A stretch of 64,000 bases of DNA from a virus. Positions within the stretch are counted from its first letter, which is position 1. Every line of letters begins with the position of its first letter. The position numbers were made by a program, and so were the translations under genes. Under the pieces are notes generated by a model that saw only the letters and a list, made by a program, of their open reading frames with translations, had not been told where the DNA came from and searched no databases. The stretch spans positions 5,350-69,349 of IMG/VR virus record IMGVR_UViG_3300045988_058615; one strand, 5' to 3'. Shown here in pieces: positions 48,355 through 58,033 of the stretch.

Positions 48355-48362
48355 TAACTTTG
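48355..48362 (+). promoter_or_regulatory. TAnnTTTG -7-like element (TAACTTTG), second copy of the 13-mer TTTAACTTTGAAT
   Basis: Same motif as at 38496-38508. It lies about 95 nt upstream of tRNA-Leu(TAA). Confidence 0.3.
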
Positions 48363-48457
48363 AATTTAACAATTCGGAGACTAATCTAGTAAGAAGATAG
48401 AAAAATGATACTTTAGGGTTATCTCTCGGTAGCGGTTCGTGAGAATAGCTACCATAT

Positions 48458-48542
48458 GCCCGGATGGTGGAATTGGTAGACACGTCAGATTTAAGCTCTG
48501 ATGCCCATTGAGGGCGTGTGGGTTCGAGTCCCACTTCGGGTA
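48458..48542 (+). tRNA. tRNA-Leu(TAA)
   Basis: GCCCGGA-TG-GTGGAATTGGTAGACAC-G-TCAGA-TTTAAGC-TCTGA; variable arm TGCCCATTGAGGGCGT; GTGGG-TTCGAGT-CCCAC-TTCGGGT-A. Confidence 0.8.
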
Positions 48543-48629
48543 GAAGCACAAGATTGAAACCTCCACGTGGTGTGTTTTGGGTAAAGCTAATTCAATCAAT
48601 TATTAATAATGTTATAAACAGTTTGTGAT

Positions 48630-49265
48630 ATGGGATATATCTATTGCATTACAAATATTATCAACAATAAAAGATACGTTGGTAAAACCCTCTTTACTAT
48701 ATAGGAAAGATTTTAGGAACACTGCAAGGATTCTCAAAAAGAGAGATGTGATAAAAGACCTCTCTATGATGCTATGAATAAATATGGAGTTGAAAACTTT
48801 ATAGTAGAGGAATTAGAATATGTAAAGGACGAAAACATACTCTCAGAAAGAGAGGTATATTGGATAAAAGAGTTGGAAACTTATGGCTCCAAAGGCTATA
48901 ATGCTACTAAGGGTGGGGACGGAACATAGTTATATGATTATCAAGAGATAATCGAACTGTACAATATGGGATATACTTGCAAAAAAGTTGCAGAGAAAGT
49001 GGGATGTAGTGATGATACTGTAAGAAAAGTATTGAAAGCTCATGACATTAAAATCAGAGGCGGGTCTGCTAAGAAAATCGATCAATTTGATATGGCTGGC
49101 AATTATATATAGCACTTCTGGGGAAGAGAGGAAGCAGCTCAATGGCTTGTAGATAATGGTCTAGCAAGAACTGTTAATTGCAAAAGACATATCACTGATT
49201 GTTGCAATCATAAAATAACCCATGCTTATGGCTACATATGGAAGTATGCCGTACTTCCAGAGTAA
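48630..49265 (+). CDS. GIY-YIG homing endonuclease, 211 aa, with 4 in-frame TAG
   Basis: MGYIYCITNIINNKRYVGKTLFTI[Q]ERF[Q]EHC...YDAMNKYGVENFIVEELEYV...REVYWIKELETYGSKGYNATKGGDGT[Q]LYDYQEIIELYNMGYTCKKVAEKVGCSDDTVRKVLK...AGNYI[Q]HFWG...THAYGYIWKYAVLPE and a TAA. GIY-YIG core plus a C-terminal DNA-binding region. Length is a multiple of 3. Confidence 0.65.
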
Positions 49266-49284
49266 TGCCACTTCGGGTACTATA

Positions 49285-49461
49285 AAATGTTTTGATATGG
49301 AAAGATACATAAAAGAACTAGTAGAGATTTATACTAGCAATACTCTTAAGTCAAAAGAGGAGCTAGAAGGTTTGAAAAAACTTATTATGAACGCTCATAG
49401 AGCTGGTTTCATAGCTGGAGAAGAATCTGTAGTAAATGTAATTGATAAGTTAACAAAATGA
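49285..49461 (+). CDS. Small protein, about 58 aa
   Basis: MERYIKELVEIYTSNTLKSKEELEGLKKLIMNAHRAGFIAGEESVVNVIDKLTK. The internal start was chosen because ORF 49222.. overlaps the GIY-YIG end. Confidence 0.35.
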   Translation, partial: KCFDMERYIKELVEIYTSNTLKSKEELEGLKKLIMNAHRAGFIAGEESVVNVIDKLTK

Positions 49462-50372
49462 AAGAAAGTGTATTTTTTGGAAACGAAGGATTGACTTCTA
49501 CATCTGCTAACTATTATGCTAATGTTGCGCAGGAAATGATTCAGGCTGCTACTGAGCGTCTGAATGGTGTGAAGTTCTATCAAGTATCTGTAGCCTCCAT
49601 AGGAGGTGGAGAGAAGCAACTAATGACAGTAGGTCAAACTTCCCTAGACTTTATTAAGGACGACTTAGAAAAGTCTGCGGAAATGAATAGCTTCTGTGCT
49701 TGGGTACGAGAGGCCATTAAGAAAAAGGAGGAATTGATTTCCTGTATTACTGCTTGCCCTATCGAAAAATGGGCTAGAGAAAACAATGTCGAGATTCCAG
49801 AACAACCTCAATATCCTGATTCACCTATTAAGGCGGATGAGAAAGAGGTAATGGGTTCATGGGATGCCAATAAGAGAAACAAGTACCTAAGACTTGAAGC
49901 GTTTGCTTCTACTTATGGGAAATATATTCACCCAAAAGGAGCTTTTAGCAAAGCTAGAAAAGATGTTCATGCTGCTAAAAACTGCCCAATCTACAAGGAA
50001 GGAACTGGTAGAGACTTAATCCTCTATTACCAAGACCCCACTATTAAGGTAGAGGACGTTGATACGATGTTTATGTCTCTTCAAGATACGTATCGTTCTT
50101 ATGAAAAAGAACTAAACGCTATGAAGGCAGAACTTAAAGAGACTGTAAATAAACTTGATATGACTAGAGAAAGGGAATATCAAGACAGAGTGGCAGAATT
50201 TAAGGCTGACTATGAGAGATATAATTCTAAAATGCAAGAGTTTAGAAGTCAGTTCAATAACTGGAGGACATCTGAACAGGAGCGCATTTCTCAACTAAAG
50301 ATTACCTTGCCAACGAATCTTCTAGGAATTTTCGAAGAGATTAGGAAACAAGGTGATCCTTCCTCTAAGTAA
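49458..50372 (+). CDS. Hypothetical protein, 304 aa
   Basis: ORF. Confidence 0.55.
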   Translation: MKESVFFGNEGLTSTSANYYANVAQEMIQAATERLNGVKFYQVSVASIGGGEKQLMTVGQTSLDFIKDDLEKSAEMNSFCAWVREAIKKKEELISCITACPIEKWARENNVEIPEQPQYPDSPIKADEKEVMGSWDANKRNKYLRLEAFASTYGKYIHPKGAFSKARKDVHAAKNCPIYKEGTGRDLILYYQDPTIKVEDVDTMFMSLQDTYRSYEKELNAMKAELKETVNKLDMTREREYQDRVAEFKADYERYNSKMQEFRSQFNNWRTSEQERISQLKITLPTNLLGIFEEIRKQGDPSSK

Positions 50373-50830
50373 TTAGAGGAATTTTTCTGTAGGAAGCTAA
50401 CAATTTATATATACGTTAGGAATAATATATGAATCTTTATTTGGAAATCTAAGGATTTCTGACTTACATATTCGCTGGTCTCACAAAAATCTTGAAATTA
50501 CTCTCTTATTGAGAGTCTTTGTCTTAGTCTTCGCTAGTGTGGCCAGGTCTTTGACTTTGATTTCATCTTTGCCTGCGTGTTAGCTTCCTACTATAGCTCA
50601 CCAACCAAGTTGTTGGAGGAGTTACGAGGCCCTGTTAAGGGTTTCAGTATTTGCTTCAGTTACAAGTAATCTTTAAACTTGGTGACTATTATCCCAAATT
50701 CTCAACAAGATGAAGAGGGAGGTTGGCCGACCTAATAACGGTACAAGCTCTTCGGAGTGATAGGAGTGGGGAAAGTATCTGAGAAGCACAGATACTGGAA
50801 CCACTCTTTTTTTTTTGATAGATAAAATGT
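50373..50830 (+). ncRNA. ORF-free 460-nt region ending in a T10 tract; candidate structured ncRNA
   Basis: No ORF above 40 codons. GC-richer than the surroundings. It ends GGAACCACTCTTTTTTTTTTGATAG. Confidence 0.2.
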
Positions 50831-50863
50831 TTAACTAATTAAAAATTATTAAAATGAAGAAGT

Positions 50864-51010
50864 TACTATTGCTTTTTGTGTTAGTTGCTGCTATGTCGGC
50901 TTGCACACACAAGACTCAACCAGCAACTGCAGAGGACTCTGTTGTAGTCGTTGAGAATGTTGTAGACACTATGGCTGTCGATTCTATAGTATCTAACGAT
51001 AGTATTCAGT
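50864..51010 (+). CDS. Small lipoprotein, 48 aa
   Basis: MKKLLLLFVLVAAMSAC (lipobox) ... Confidence 0.4.
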
Positions 51011-51014
51011 AAGT

Positions 51015-51332
51015 ATGGATTTCATCGCAACTAGAGTCAGTGAACTCTTAGAAAAGGTTTCACCCATTAGACGATGGCTTATTTCCGATGTTGCGAATGA
51101 ATACTACCGTGAAGGTTATCAAGATGGTCAGAAGCTAGTCTATAGAAATGTATTGAAAGGTAACGCATTGAAAGAGTTTATCGAAATTCTTAATCATTGC
51201 GGAATCAAATTGAGTTACAATCTGCGGAAAGGGGGTTTAATTGTCAGTGTGAGATCTGACAAACTTCCCAATCTGCAACGTCTCGTTGAATGTTATAAAA
51301 ATGAAAGTAAAGAAGACAAGAAATTTCAGTGA
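51015..51332 (+). CDS. Hypothetical protein, 105 aa
   Basis: ORF. Confidence 0.45.
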   Translation: MDFIATRVSELLEKVSPIRRWLISDVANEYYREGYQDGQKLVYRNVLKGNALKEFIEILNHCGIKLSYNLRKGGLIVSVRSDKLPNLQRLVECYKNESKEDKKFQ

Positions 51333-51675
51333 TGCCCCACCTCTTGATGTTCAGTATAACTACATCATGGAGAACTTTGACTTTGACAAGGTTCTAGAGT
51401 ATATGAGCTGGGACAAGAGTCATAGAATATATGACGATGATGGGAAATGTGTAGGAAAGTCTCCCTGGAGGATGTATATAAGTCCTGAAGAGTATAAAGT
51501 TCCATCTATTTCTGACCTGAGAGCACTAGCTAGAGACTTACTTACGCAAGTAATAAGGAATTATAGAAACAGCAAATCAACATTTGTTTATATATCTACT
51601 GGACCATTTAAGGCTATGTGTAGATATGGTATGCTAGAGTTGATTGGTGTTATAGAATCTTGGAGCGATGATTGA
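51286..51675 (+). CDS. Hypothetical protein, 129 aa
   Basis: ORF. Confidence 0.45.
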   Translation: MNVIKMKVKKTRNFSDAPPLDVQYNYIMENFDFDKVLEYMSWDKSHRIYDDDGKCVGKSPWRMYISPEEYKVPSISDLRALARDLLTQVIRNYRNSKSTFVYISTGPFKAMCRYGMLELIGVIESWSDD

Positions 51676-52063
51676 GTTTAATGAAGTGTTCTGTTTAGAT
51701 TTAAAAGATGATTTTGAGGAATTGGGAAGGCATGAGAGAAATTTTGAGCTAGACGAGTTCATTCAGAAGGATTTGAGTAGAGCTTTTGCTTTTGGTTATT
51801 GTCACTTGGATTGGATAAAAGAAAAAATGTGGTTTCCAGTCTCTATTAGAAAAGCCTTGAGGCATCTTGGAGATAATTTGGAGGACTTCATTCCACAAAT
51901 TAAGTGGCTTAATGAGAAGTATGGAGCTGTAGGAAAGAGAGTTAGAATAAGCGATTACGCAAACTATATTTTGGATAATATATTTTGTGATAATCAAGAT
52001 GACCTGCTAAAGATAGCAATACTACTAGGAACTAATCTCAGGACTAATACTCAGGATGAGTAA
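51668..52063 (+). CDS. Hypothetical protein, 131 aa
   Basis: ORF. Confidence 0.45.
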   Translation: MIEFNEVFCLDLKDDFEELGRHERNFELDEFIQKDLSRAFAFGYCHLDWIKEKMWFPVSIRKALRHLGDNLEDFIPQIKWLNEKYGAVGKRVRISDYANYILDNIFCDNQDDLLKIAILLGTNLRTNTQDE

Positions 52064-52517
52064 TTTAGAGGTCTTTACCGATGGAGCTTTTAGTTCGTCT
52101 AGAAATACAGGAGGAGTAGGAGTTGTATTCGTAATTGATGGGAAAAAATCCTATGAATTTAGCAAGATGATTCCAAATACTACTAACAACAAATGTGAGT
52201 TGCTAGCTGTAATATATGCTCTCAATGCAGTAAGTCGTAAAATAGAATCTCTTACTATCTATTCAGATTCTCAGTATGTCATAGGATGTGCTACAAAAGG
52301 ATGGAAAAGAAAAAAGAATGTAGAGTTGTGGAATTTGTATGATAAAGTTTTTGTTAAGGCAAGCCAGTTTTGCTCTGACATAAAATTTTGTTGGGTTAAG
52401 GGACATACTTCAAATTCTGATTTCTTTTCTGAGATGAATAATTTAGCAGATAAATTAGCAGTTGAAGCAAGTCAAGAATATGAAACTAAGAAAGAACAAA
52501 AACAAGAGACTCATTAA
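52056..52517 (+). CDS. rnhA: Ribonuclease HI, 153 aa
   Basis: EVFTDGA...GGVGVVFV...NNKCELLAVIYAL...IYSDSQYV...GW...WVKGH...NNLADKLA carries the RNase H catalytic signature. Confidence 0.75.
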   Translation: MSNLEVFTDGAFSSSRNTGGVGVVFVIDGKKSYEFSKMIPNTTNNKCELLAVIYALNAVSRKIESLTIYSDSQYVIGCATKGWKRKKNVELWNLYDKVFVKASQFCSDIKFCWVKGHTSNSDFFSEMNNLADKLAVEASQEYETKKEQKQETH

Positions 52518-52896
52518 AGAGGCTATGAAGTTCTATCCGTTTGATTATGGTTTTGTTCTCTCCCTAGAGAAACAAGCTTTAATTAGAATGTATGAATACT
52601 TCAAAGTGTCTAGAATTGCTGAAGGTAATGAAGTTGTTGAAAAGAATCTAAAACTTGCACTAAAACTTTTAGACATTGTGCTAGAGATAGATTCTGCATA
52701 TCATTGTGATTTCAGACCTGGGTCTGAAGGATTCGTAGATAGGCACATAAACATTAAGAACTGGAAGCGATTCTGTCCTAAAGCTGCTGACCTTAATTGG
52801 GATGCCCCAATTCTCAAGGATTATCTAAGAAGAGAAAAAGCCTGGTACTTGTACAATAAACTTAGGTTTGAACGTATGAGAGCTTGGTGGGATTAA
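52462..52896 (+). CDS. Hypothetical protein, 144 aa
   Basis: ORF. Confidence 0.45.
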   Translation: MKQVKNMKLRKNKNKRLIKEAMKFYPFDYGFVLSLEKQALIRMYEYFKVSRIAEGNEVVEKNLKLALKLLDIVLEIDSAYHCDFRPGSEGFVDRHINIKNWKRFCPKAADLNWDAPILKDYLRREKAWYLYNKLRFERMRAWWD

Positions 52897-52912
52897 TTTA
52901 ACTAATTTAATT

Positions 52913-53929
52913 ATGAAGAGAATTTTTAGTATTATTTGTTTGTGTTTGATGTGTGCATTTGCTAGCGCACAAGTTGTTGAGACTGGAAGTATGAAGGATA
53001 ACTGGTATATTTCTGGTAATGTTGGAACTACTATTTGGGATAACCATAGAAGTTGGGCAGAACCAAATGATGTACTAGTAAACATTGCTATTGGTAAGGA
53101 GATTACTCCTATCTTTGGCTTGGAGTTAGACATGATGGCTGGAATGAACCAAGGAAATAAAACATTCTTTGATTCACATAATTTGACAGCTAACGTTACT
53201 ACCAATCTTACTAACCTGATATGTGGATATAACGGAGATAGACGTCTGTTTGAGCCTATATTAATCGTTGGTGCTGGTTGGTATCATACTTATGGAGATG
53301 TCTATAATAATGTATCCGCCCGTGGAGCCGTTAGATGTAACTTTAATATCTCTAATAAATGGGCATTAAATGTTACTCCTGAATATATGTTACTTCCCAA
53401 GACTTCCCCTCTGAATCATGAGTTTAACGTCTATATTGGTGCTACCTATCGCTTTAAGTCTAGTAAGGGAGACTTTCCAATTATGAAGTTGTATAGTGAT
53501 GCCGAGGTTGAAAGCCTAAACGCTTCTATTAATGAGTTGAGAGCCAAGAATGAGGAACTTATAGCCCGTAAACCAGTAGAAATTGTTAAGACGGACACAA
53601 TCGAAATTACTAAAGTAGAGCTTTTGACTCCAAAAATTCAATTCCTTCAAAATTCTTCAGAGATTTCTAAAACTTCCAATGTGGCTGTCTCAGAACTAGC
53701 TTCCTATATTTCTAATAGTGGGAAAACTTATGTGATTGAGGGATATGCTTCGGAAGAAGGCCCAGAAGAGTTTAATAATAACCTTGCTGTAGCTAGAGCA
53801 GAATCTATGAAGAAGGCTCTGATTAGCTATGGTGCTCCAGAGGATAAATTGGTTGTTAAGGGATGCGGAATTACCACTGAATTTGGAGATAATGAATTTA
53901 ACCGTATCGTAATAATTTCCGAACAATGA
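52913..53929 (+). CDS. OmpA-family outer-membrane protein: signal peptide, beta-barrel-like N-domain and OmpA C-domain; 338 aa
   Basis: MKRIFSIICLCLMCAFASAQ signal peptide. The C-terminus TYVIEGYASEEGPEEFNNNLAVARAESMKKALISYGAPEDKLVVKGCGITTEFGDNEFNRIVII matches the OmpA/MotB peptidoglycan-binding pattern. Confidence 0.6.
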   Translation: MKRIFSIICLCLMCAFASAQVVETGSMKDNWYISGNVGTTIWDNHRSWAEPNDVLVNIAIGKEITPIFGLELDMMAGMNQGNKTFFDSHNLTANVTTNLTNLICGYNGDRRLFEPILIVGAGWYHTYGDVYNNVSARGAVRCNFNISNKWALNVTPEYMLLPKTSPLNHEFNVYIGATYRFKSSKGDFPIMKLYSDAEVESLNASINELRAKNEELIARKPVEIVKTDTIEITKVELLTPKIQFLQNSSEISKTSNVAVSELASYISNSGKTYVIEGYASEEGPEEFNNNLAVARAESMKKALISYGAPEDKLVVKGCGITTEFGDNEFNRIVIISEQ

Positions 53930-54170
53930 AGTACAAGAAGAAAGTAGCTTGGTTAAAATCAAAGCAAGCATGGTGGGATAAACAAGGTAAAGATTTTCAG
54001 GCCGCAACTACTAGACCTGGGTCTATTAAAACTCGATAAGTCATGGTTGCATTTATAATTGTGTGCGTAATATTCGTTGCATATATTTATTATGACCCAT
54101 ATGTAGACATTACAGAAGACAATGTGTTACTATGGTATAATAAAAGCGGCAACAGAGGATATATTATTCT

Positions 54171-54383
54171 ATGGTCGAGAAAAACTTAATCAAGGCATTC
54201 ATTGCCGTTCTGTTAATCGTTGTGATTTACAACGTCAGCTTATGGTTATTATCCGAATCATTATATGCTGCAAATATCTTGGGGTTGTTACTATTATTAG
54301 TGGCAATCCCAAGTTTAGTTTATAGGATATTCAAGTATATTAAGAAACATTATTTAAATAAGGAAAATGAAGACAATTATTAA
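54171..54383 (+). CDS. Small membrane protein, 70 aa
   Basis: Two hydrophobic helices. Confidence 0.4.
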   Translation: MVEKNLIKAFIAVLLIVVIYNVSLWLLSESLYAANILGLLLLLVAIPSLVYRIFKYIKKHYLNKENEDNY

Positions 54384-54386
54384 GCT

Positions 54387-55202
54387 TTTGTGTGTATTAA
54401 CTTTGGTGTTTGGCTTGTCTAGCTGTGGCTATGAGAGAAATTGATGCTGGTTACGAAGGCATTAAGGTGAATCTGTACGGAGACGGTAAGGGAGTGGACG
54501 ATGTGTCTCTTGTTACTGGTTGCTGTGTGGTATAATCCTGTTACCACAGCTGTCTACGAATATCCAACATTTGTGCAGACTGTGGATTATCCTCCTTTTA
54601 GTATTAATGCCAAGGATGGTTCGTCATTTACTGTAGACCCCACGATTTCTTTAAAGATTGTTGATGGAAAGTCTCCGAGGTATTTAAGAAGTATAGAAAG
54701 GAAGACATCGTAGAAGTAATCAATACTACTCTCTATAATTATGTAAAAAATGCTTTTCGTATTTCAGCTGAATAACTATACTACTGATGAACTTAGTAAG
54801 TAAAACGTGAGGAGTTCGAGAAATCTATAGAGGATAGATTGTCAAAGGAACTCTTAGCAGAAAACTTTCAGCTTGAACAAATGACTTTCTGGTCTTCAAT
54901 ATCCGCAGACGCTAGTCAATTCTATTGATGCTAAGAATGCTGCAATTCAACAGGCTTTTGAAGGCAGAGAATGAAGTTAAGACTATTTGAGGCAGAGGCT
55001 AAAAAGAAAGTTAGCAGCTGCGCAAGGAGAAGCAGAAGCTCTTAAAATTAAGGGTGATGCAGAAGCTGAATATAATAGAAAGATTTCAGCATCTTTGTCA
55101 GTTCTCATAGTTCAACAGGATATGATTAAGAAGTGGGATGGAAAACTTCCTATTTATGGTCAGGTTCCCACCTTATTTAAAGACGTAGCTAATAACAAAT
55201 GA
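54387..55202 (+). pseudogene. SPFH/band-7 (HflC/prohibitin-like) lipoprotein gene disrupted by several frameshifts and stops
   Basis: Begins MKTIIKLLCVLTLVFGLSSCGY (lipobox). SPFH-like segments lie in three different frames: GIKVNLYGDG..., YEYPTFVQTVDYPPFSINAKDGSSFTVDPTISLKIVDG..., KEDIVEVINTTLYNYVKNAFRISAE.... The C-terminus is AAAQGEAEALKIKGDAEAEYNRKISASL...IKKWDGKLPIYGQVPTLFKDV. Confidence 0.5.
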
Positions 55203-55337
55203 TATATCTAGTAATATGCACTGTGATGGTAATCATCACGGTGCTTATCTTGAAAGATACCCATGTAACCGTTTATTACAATGGGTATAGCAGAAGTGTG
55301 GCACTTATAAAAAAAAGACTATGACCTTAAAGTTCCA

Positions 55338-55547
55338 GTGTGGCTAGTTTTAGTGATACTAATTCTAGGATTTATCCCAGTACTGAACATTATACTATAC
55401 ACAGTAGGATATTTATTCTATATAGTTCATGCTGTGTGGAATCCAGATAAGTTGTCTGGATATACACATAAGTTCAATCTAAGAGGAAATAATTTTCTAA
55501 CTAGAATAGTGAAGAAGATATGGAAATTCTTAAATGTATGTGTATAA
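55338..55547 (+). CDS. Small membrane protein, 69 aa
   Basis: Hydrophobic N-terminus. Confidence 0.4.
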   Translation: MWLVLVILILGFIPVLNIILYTVGYLFYIVHAVWNPDKLSGYTHKFNLRGNNFLTRIVKKIWKFLNVCV

Positions 55548-56044
55548 CACTTAAACATCTTAGGCGAATACTTAGACATAAGTTTTGGGTAGCTTACTAC
55601 TGCTTTCAGTTAGGTCTATACAAACAGGGTATCTTGCATGACTTATCTAAATTCGGATGGTATGAGTTCTCTCGTTCTGTAAAATTTTATGATGACGACA
55701 CATCTCCCTTAAACAAGGAGAAAGAAATTCTAGGATATTCTAGGTCTTATTTACATCACAGAGGAAGAAATCCACACCATTATGAGTACTGGGTAACTAA
55801 GCTAGACACTGGAGGTGTTCCAGTGAAGATGCCTAAAGAGTATGCTCTAGAGTTGGTATGCGATTATCTAGCTGCTGGTAAAGTGTATAATGGTAATAGT
55901 TTTCAAGGAGAATATAACTGGTGGATTAAGTATATAAGTTCTCCTAGAGCTATCCATCCAGAAACGAAGGAATTTATCACTCAGTGTTTTAAGAATTTAG
56001 CTAGTGGTAAAGGCATGAAGAGTTTATTAACAATTAGCTATTAA
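55520..56044 (+). CDS. Hypothetical protein, 174 aa
   Basis: ORF. Confidence 0.45.
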   Translation: MEILKCMCITLKHLRRILRHKFWVAYYCFQLGLYKQGILHDLSKFGWYEFSRSVKFYDDDTSPLNKEKEILGYSRSYLHHRGRNPHHYEYWVTKLDTGGVPVKMPKEYALELVCDYLAAGKVYNGNSFQGEYNWWIKYISSPRAIHPETKEFITQCFKNLASGKGMKSLLTISY

Positions 56045-56055
56045 ATAATTTTAGA

Positions 56056-57618
56056 ATGGAAATAATTAATGCAACAGATGGATATAAATTAGGCCATCAC
56101 AGAATGTATCCAGAAGGTACTGAACAGGTTTATAGTAACTGGACTCCTAGAAGTAACAAATACTTTCCAGAAGCCACTGAAGGTTCTGTAGTATTCGGAA
56201 TCCAATATTTAATTAAGAAGTATCTGATTGATGAATTTAATCAGAATTTCTTTGGATTACCTAAAGAAAAGGCTATAGAAATGTTTTATCGGAGAGTCCA
56301 TAATTTCGTGGGAATTGAATCTGTAGGATATAGACATATTGAAGCTCTATATGATTTGGGTTATCTTCCCATTCGCATTAAAGCATTGCCAGAAGGTTCA
56401 GTATGTCCTATTAGGGTTCCCATGATGACTATTACTAATACAAAATCAGAGTTCTTTTGGTTAACTAATTATCTAGAAACTTTAATTAGTTGCACTCTGT
56501 GGATGCCCTGTACTTCTGCTACTAGAGCAAGACTCTATAAGAAAGAACTTAAGAGACATGCAATACGTACCGGATTTCCAGAAGACGTTAATTTGGATTT
56601 CTTGTGCCATGACTTCTCTATGAGGGGAATGGCTGGTTTGGAGGCTGCTATCATCTCTGGCATGGCACATATGACGTCATTTGTTGGGAGTGAGACCATT
56701 CCAGCTATTGCTGCTCTAGAAGAGTATTATGGTGCAAATTCTGACAATGAATTAATTGCTGCTACTGTTCCGGCTACAGAACATTCTGTAATGTGTGCAG
56801 GCGGGGAAGAAGATGAACTTCAAACCTTCAAACGATTGATTAATGAATTGTATCCATCTGGCTTCGTTTCTATAGTTTCTGATACTTGGGACTTCTGGAA
56901 TGTTATCGAGAACTTCCTTCCCAAATTAAAGAAGGATATTATGGCACGTGATGGGCGTGTAGTTATTCGTCCAGATAGCGGAGACCCTGTTGATATTATT
57001 TGTGGTTTGAGAACTAATCCTCATTTCCACACTAGAATGAAAGAGGGTAAATATTATTGTTGCTATGCCCCATTTAATGATGATGCTGAGTATGTAGAAG
57101 TTTCAGAAGGTCAATACTATGGTGCTTATTATATGCTCGGTAAGATTTTTGGATGGAATACTACTTCCAAGGATTATCGCTATCCTAGCACTAAAATAGG
57201 TTTGTTGTACGGAGATTCCATCACTCTGGAAAGACAGAAGCAGATCTATTTGAGACTTGAGAATGCTCATATGGCCGCTTGTAATCTTGTTCTTGGTGTT
57301 GGCTCATTTTCATATCAATATGCAAGTAGAGATAGCTTAGGCTTTGCAATCAAAGCTACTGCCTGTGTGGTTAATGGAGAATTGAAAGAAATATTCAAAC
57401 ATCCTAAAACAGATGATGGAACTAAAAATTCTCTTAAAGGTCTAATTGCTGTCTATCAGGACGTTAATGGCGTTTACTATGCTGAAGACCAGGTAACTCC
57501 TGAGGTAGAAAGTGGAGGCTGTTTAGAGACTGTGTTCGAAGATGGTGTCCTTAAAAAGGAGTACACTCTTAAAGAAATTAGACAGCGGATTAATGAAGGG
57601 CTTTATGGAAAGTTTTAA
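56056..57618 (+). CDS. nadV: Nicotinamide phosphoribosyltransferase (NadV/NAMPT), 520 aa
   Basis: The NAMPT signature is co-linear: TDGYKLGHH...IKALPEGSV...FFWLTNYLETL...LCHDFSMRG...TVPATEHSVM...VSIVSDTWDFWN...IRPDSGDP...LYGDSIT. Confidence 0.8.
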   Translation: MEIINATDGYKLGHHRMYPEGTEQVYSNWTPRSNKYFPEATEGSVVFGIQYLIKKYLIDEFNQNFFGLPKEKAIEMFYRRVHNFVGIESVGYRHIEALYDLGYLPIRIKALPEGSVCPIRVPMMTITNTKSEFFWLTNYLETLISCTLWMPCTSATRARLYKKELKRHAIRTGFPEDVNLDFLCHDFSMRGMAGLEAAIISGMAHMTSFVGSETIPAIAALEEYYGANSDNELIAATVPATEHSVMCAGGEEDELQTFKRLINELYPSGFVSIVSDTWDFWNVIENFLPKLKKDIMARDGRVVIRPDSGDPVDIICGLRTNPHFHTRMKEGKYYCCYAPFNDDAEYVEVSEGQYYGAYYMLGKIFGWNTTSKDYRYPSTKIGLLYGDSITLERQKQIYLRLENAHMAACNLVLGVGSFSYQYASRDSLGFAIKATACVVNGELKEIFKHPKTDDGTKNSLKGLIAVYQDVNGVYYAEDQVTPEVESGGCLETVFEDGVLKKEYTLKEIRQRINEGLYGKF

Positions 57619-58033
57619 CCATCCATTTGGAAAAGAGGCTTGCAAGAAGCGATTATTAGAAGAGTACAAGAAATATGGAAAGCTAATAGTCGCTTTCGAT
57701 TATGATAACACTATTTTTGACTACCATAATAATGGAGGAGACTATAGTTGTGTTATTAACCTATTGAGGCGCTGTACTATGTTGGGTTTTGAAATGATTT
57801 TATTCTCTACTGAGGAAGATGAAGATAAAATTATAGAAAAACAAGTGGAGTGTGTTCAAATGAGAATAGGAAACCTTGTTAATGGCATGATTATACCTCC
57901 TTTTACAAGCAGTAGGCTATTTCCAAATTCTAAAAAGTCTTATTATAATATCCTATTGGATGATAGAGCGGGCTTGGAAGAAAGTTACGAAATTTTAAAA
58001 TATGTTGTAGATGAAATTATTAAACTTAATTAA
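57609..58033 (+). CDS. HAD-family hydrolase, about 141 aa (internal start chosen)
   Basis: MESFNHPFGK...LIVAFDYDNTIFD carries the DxDxT motif I. ORF 57542.. overlaps the nadV end. Confidence 0.45.

Noticed and set aside
48328-48599. Two minus-strand ORFs of 73 and 72 aa
   Set aside because: They are antisense to tRNA-Leu(TAA) and its leader; a translation artefact.
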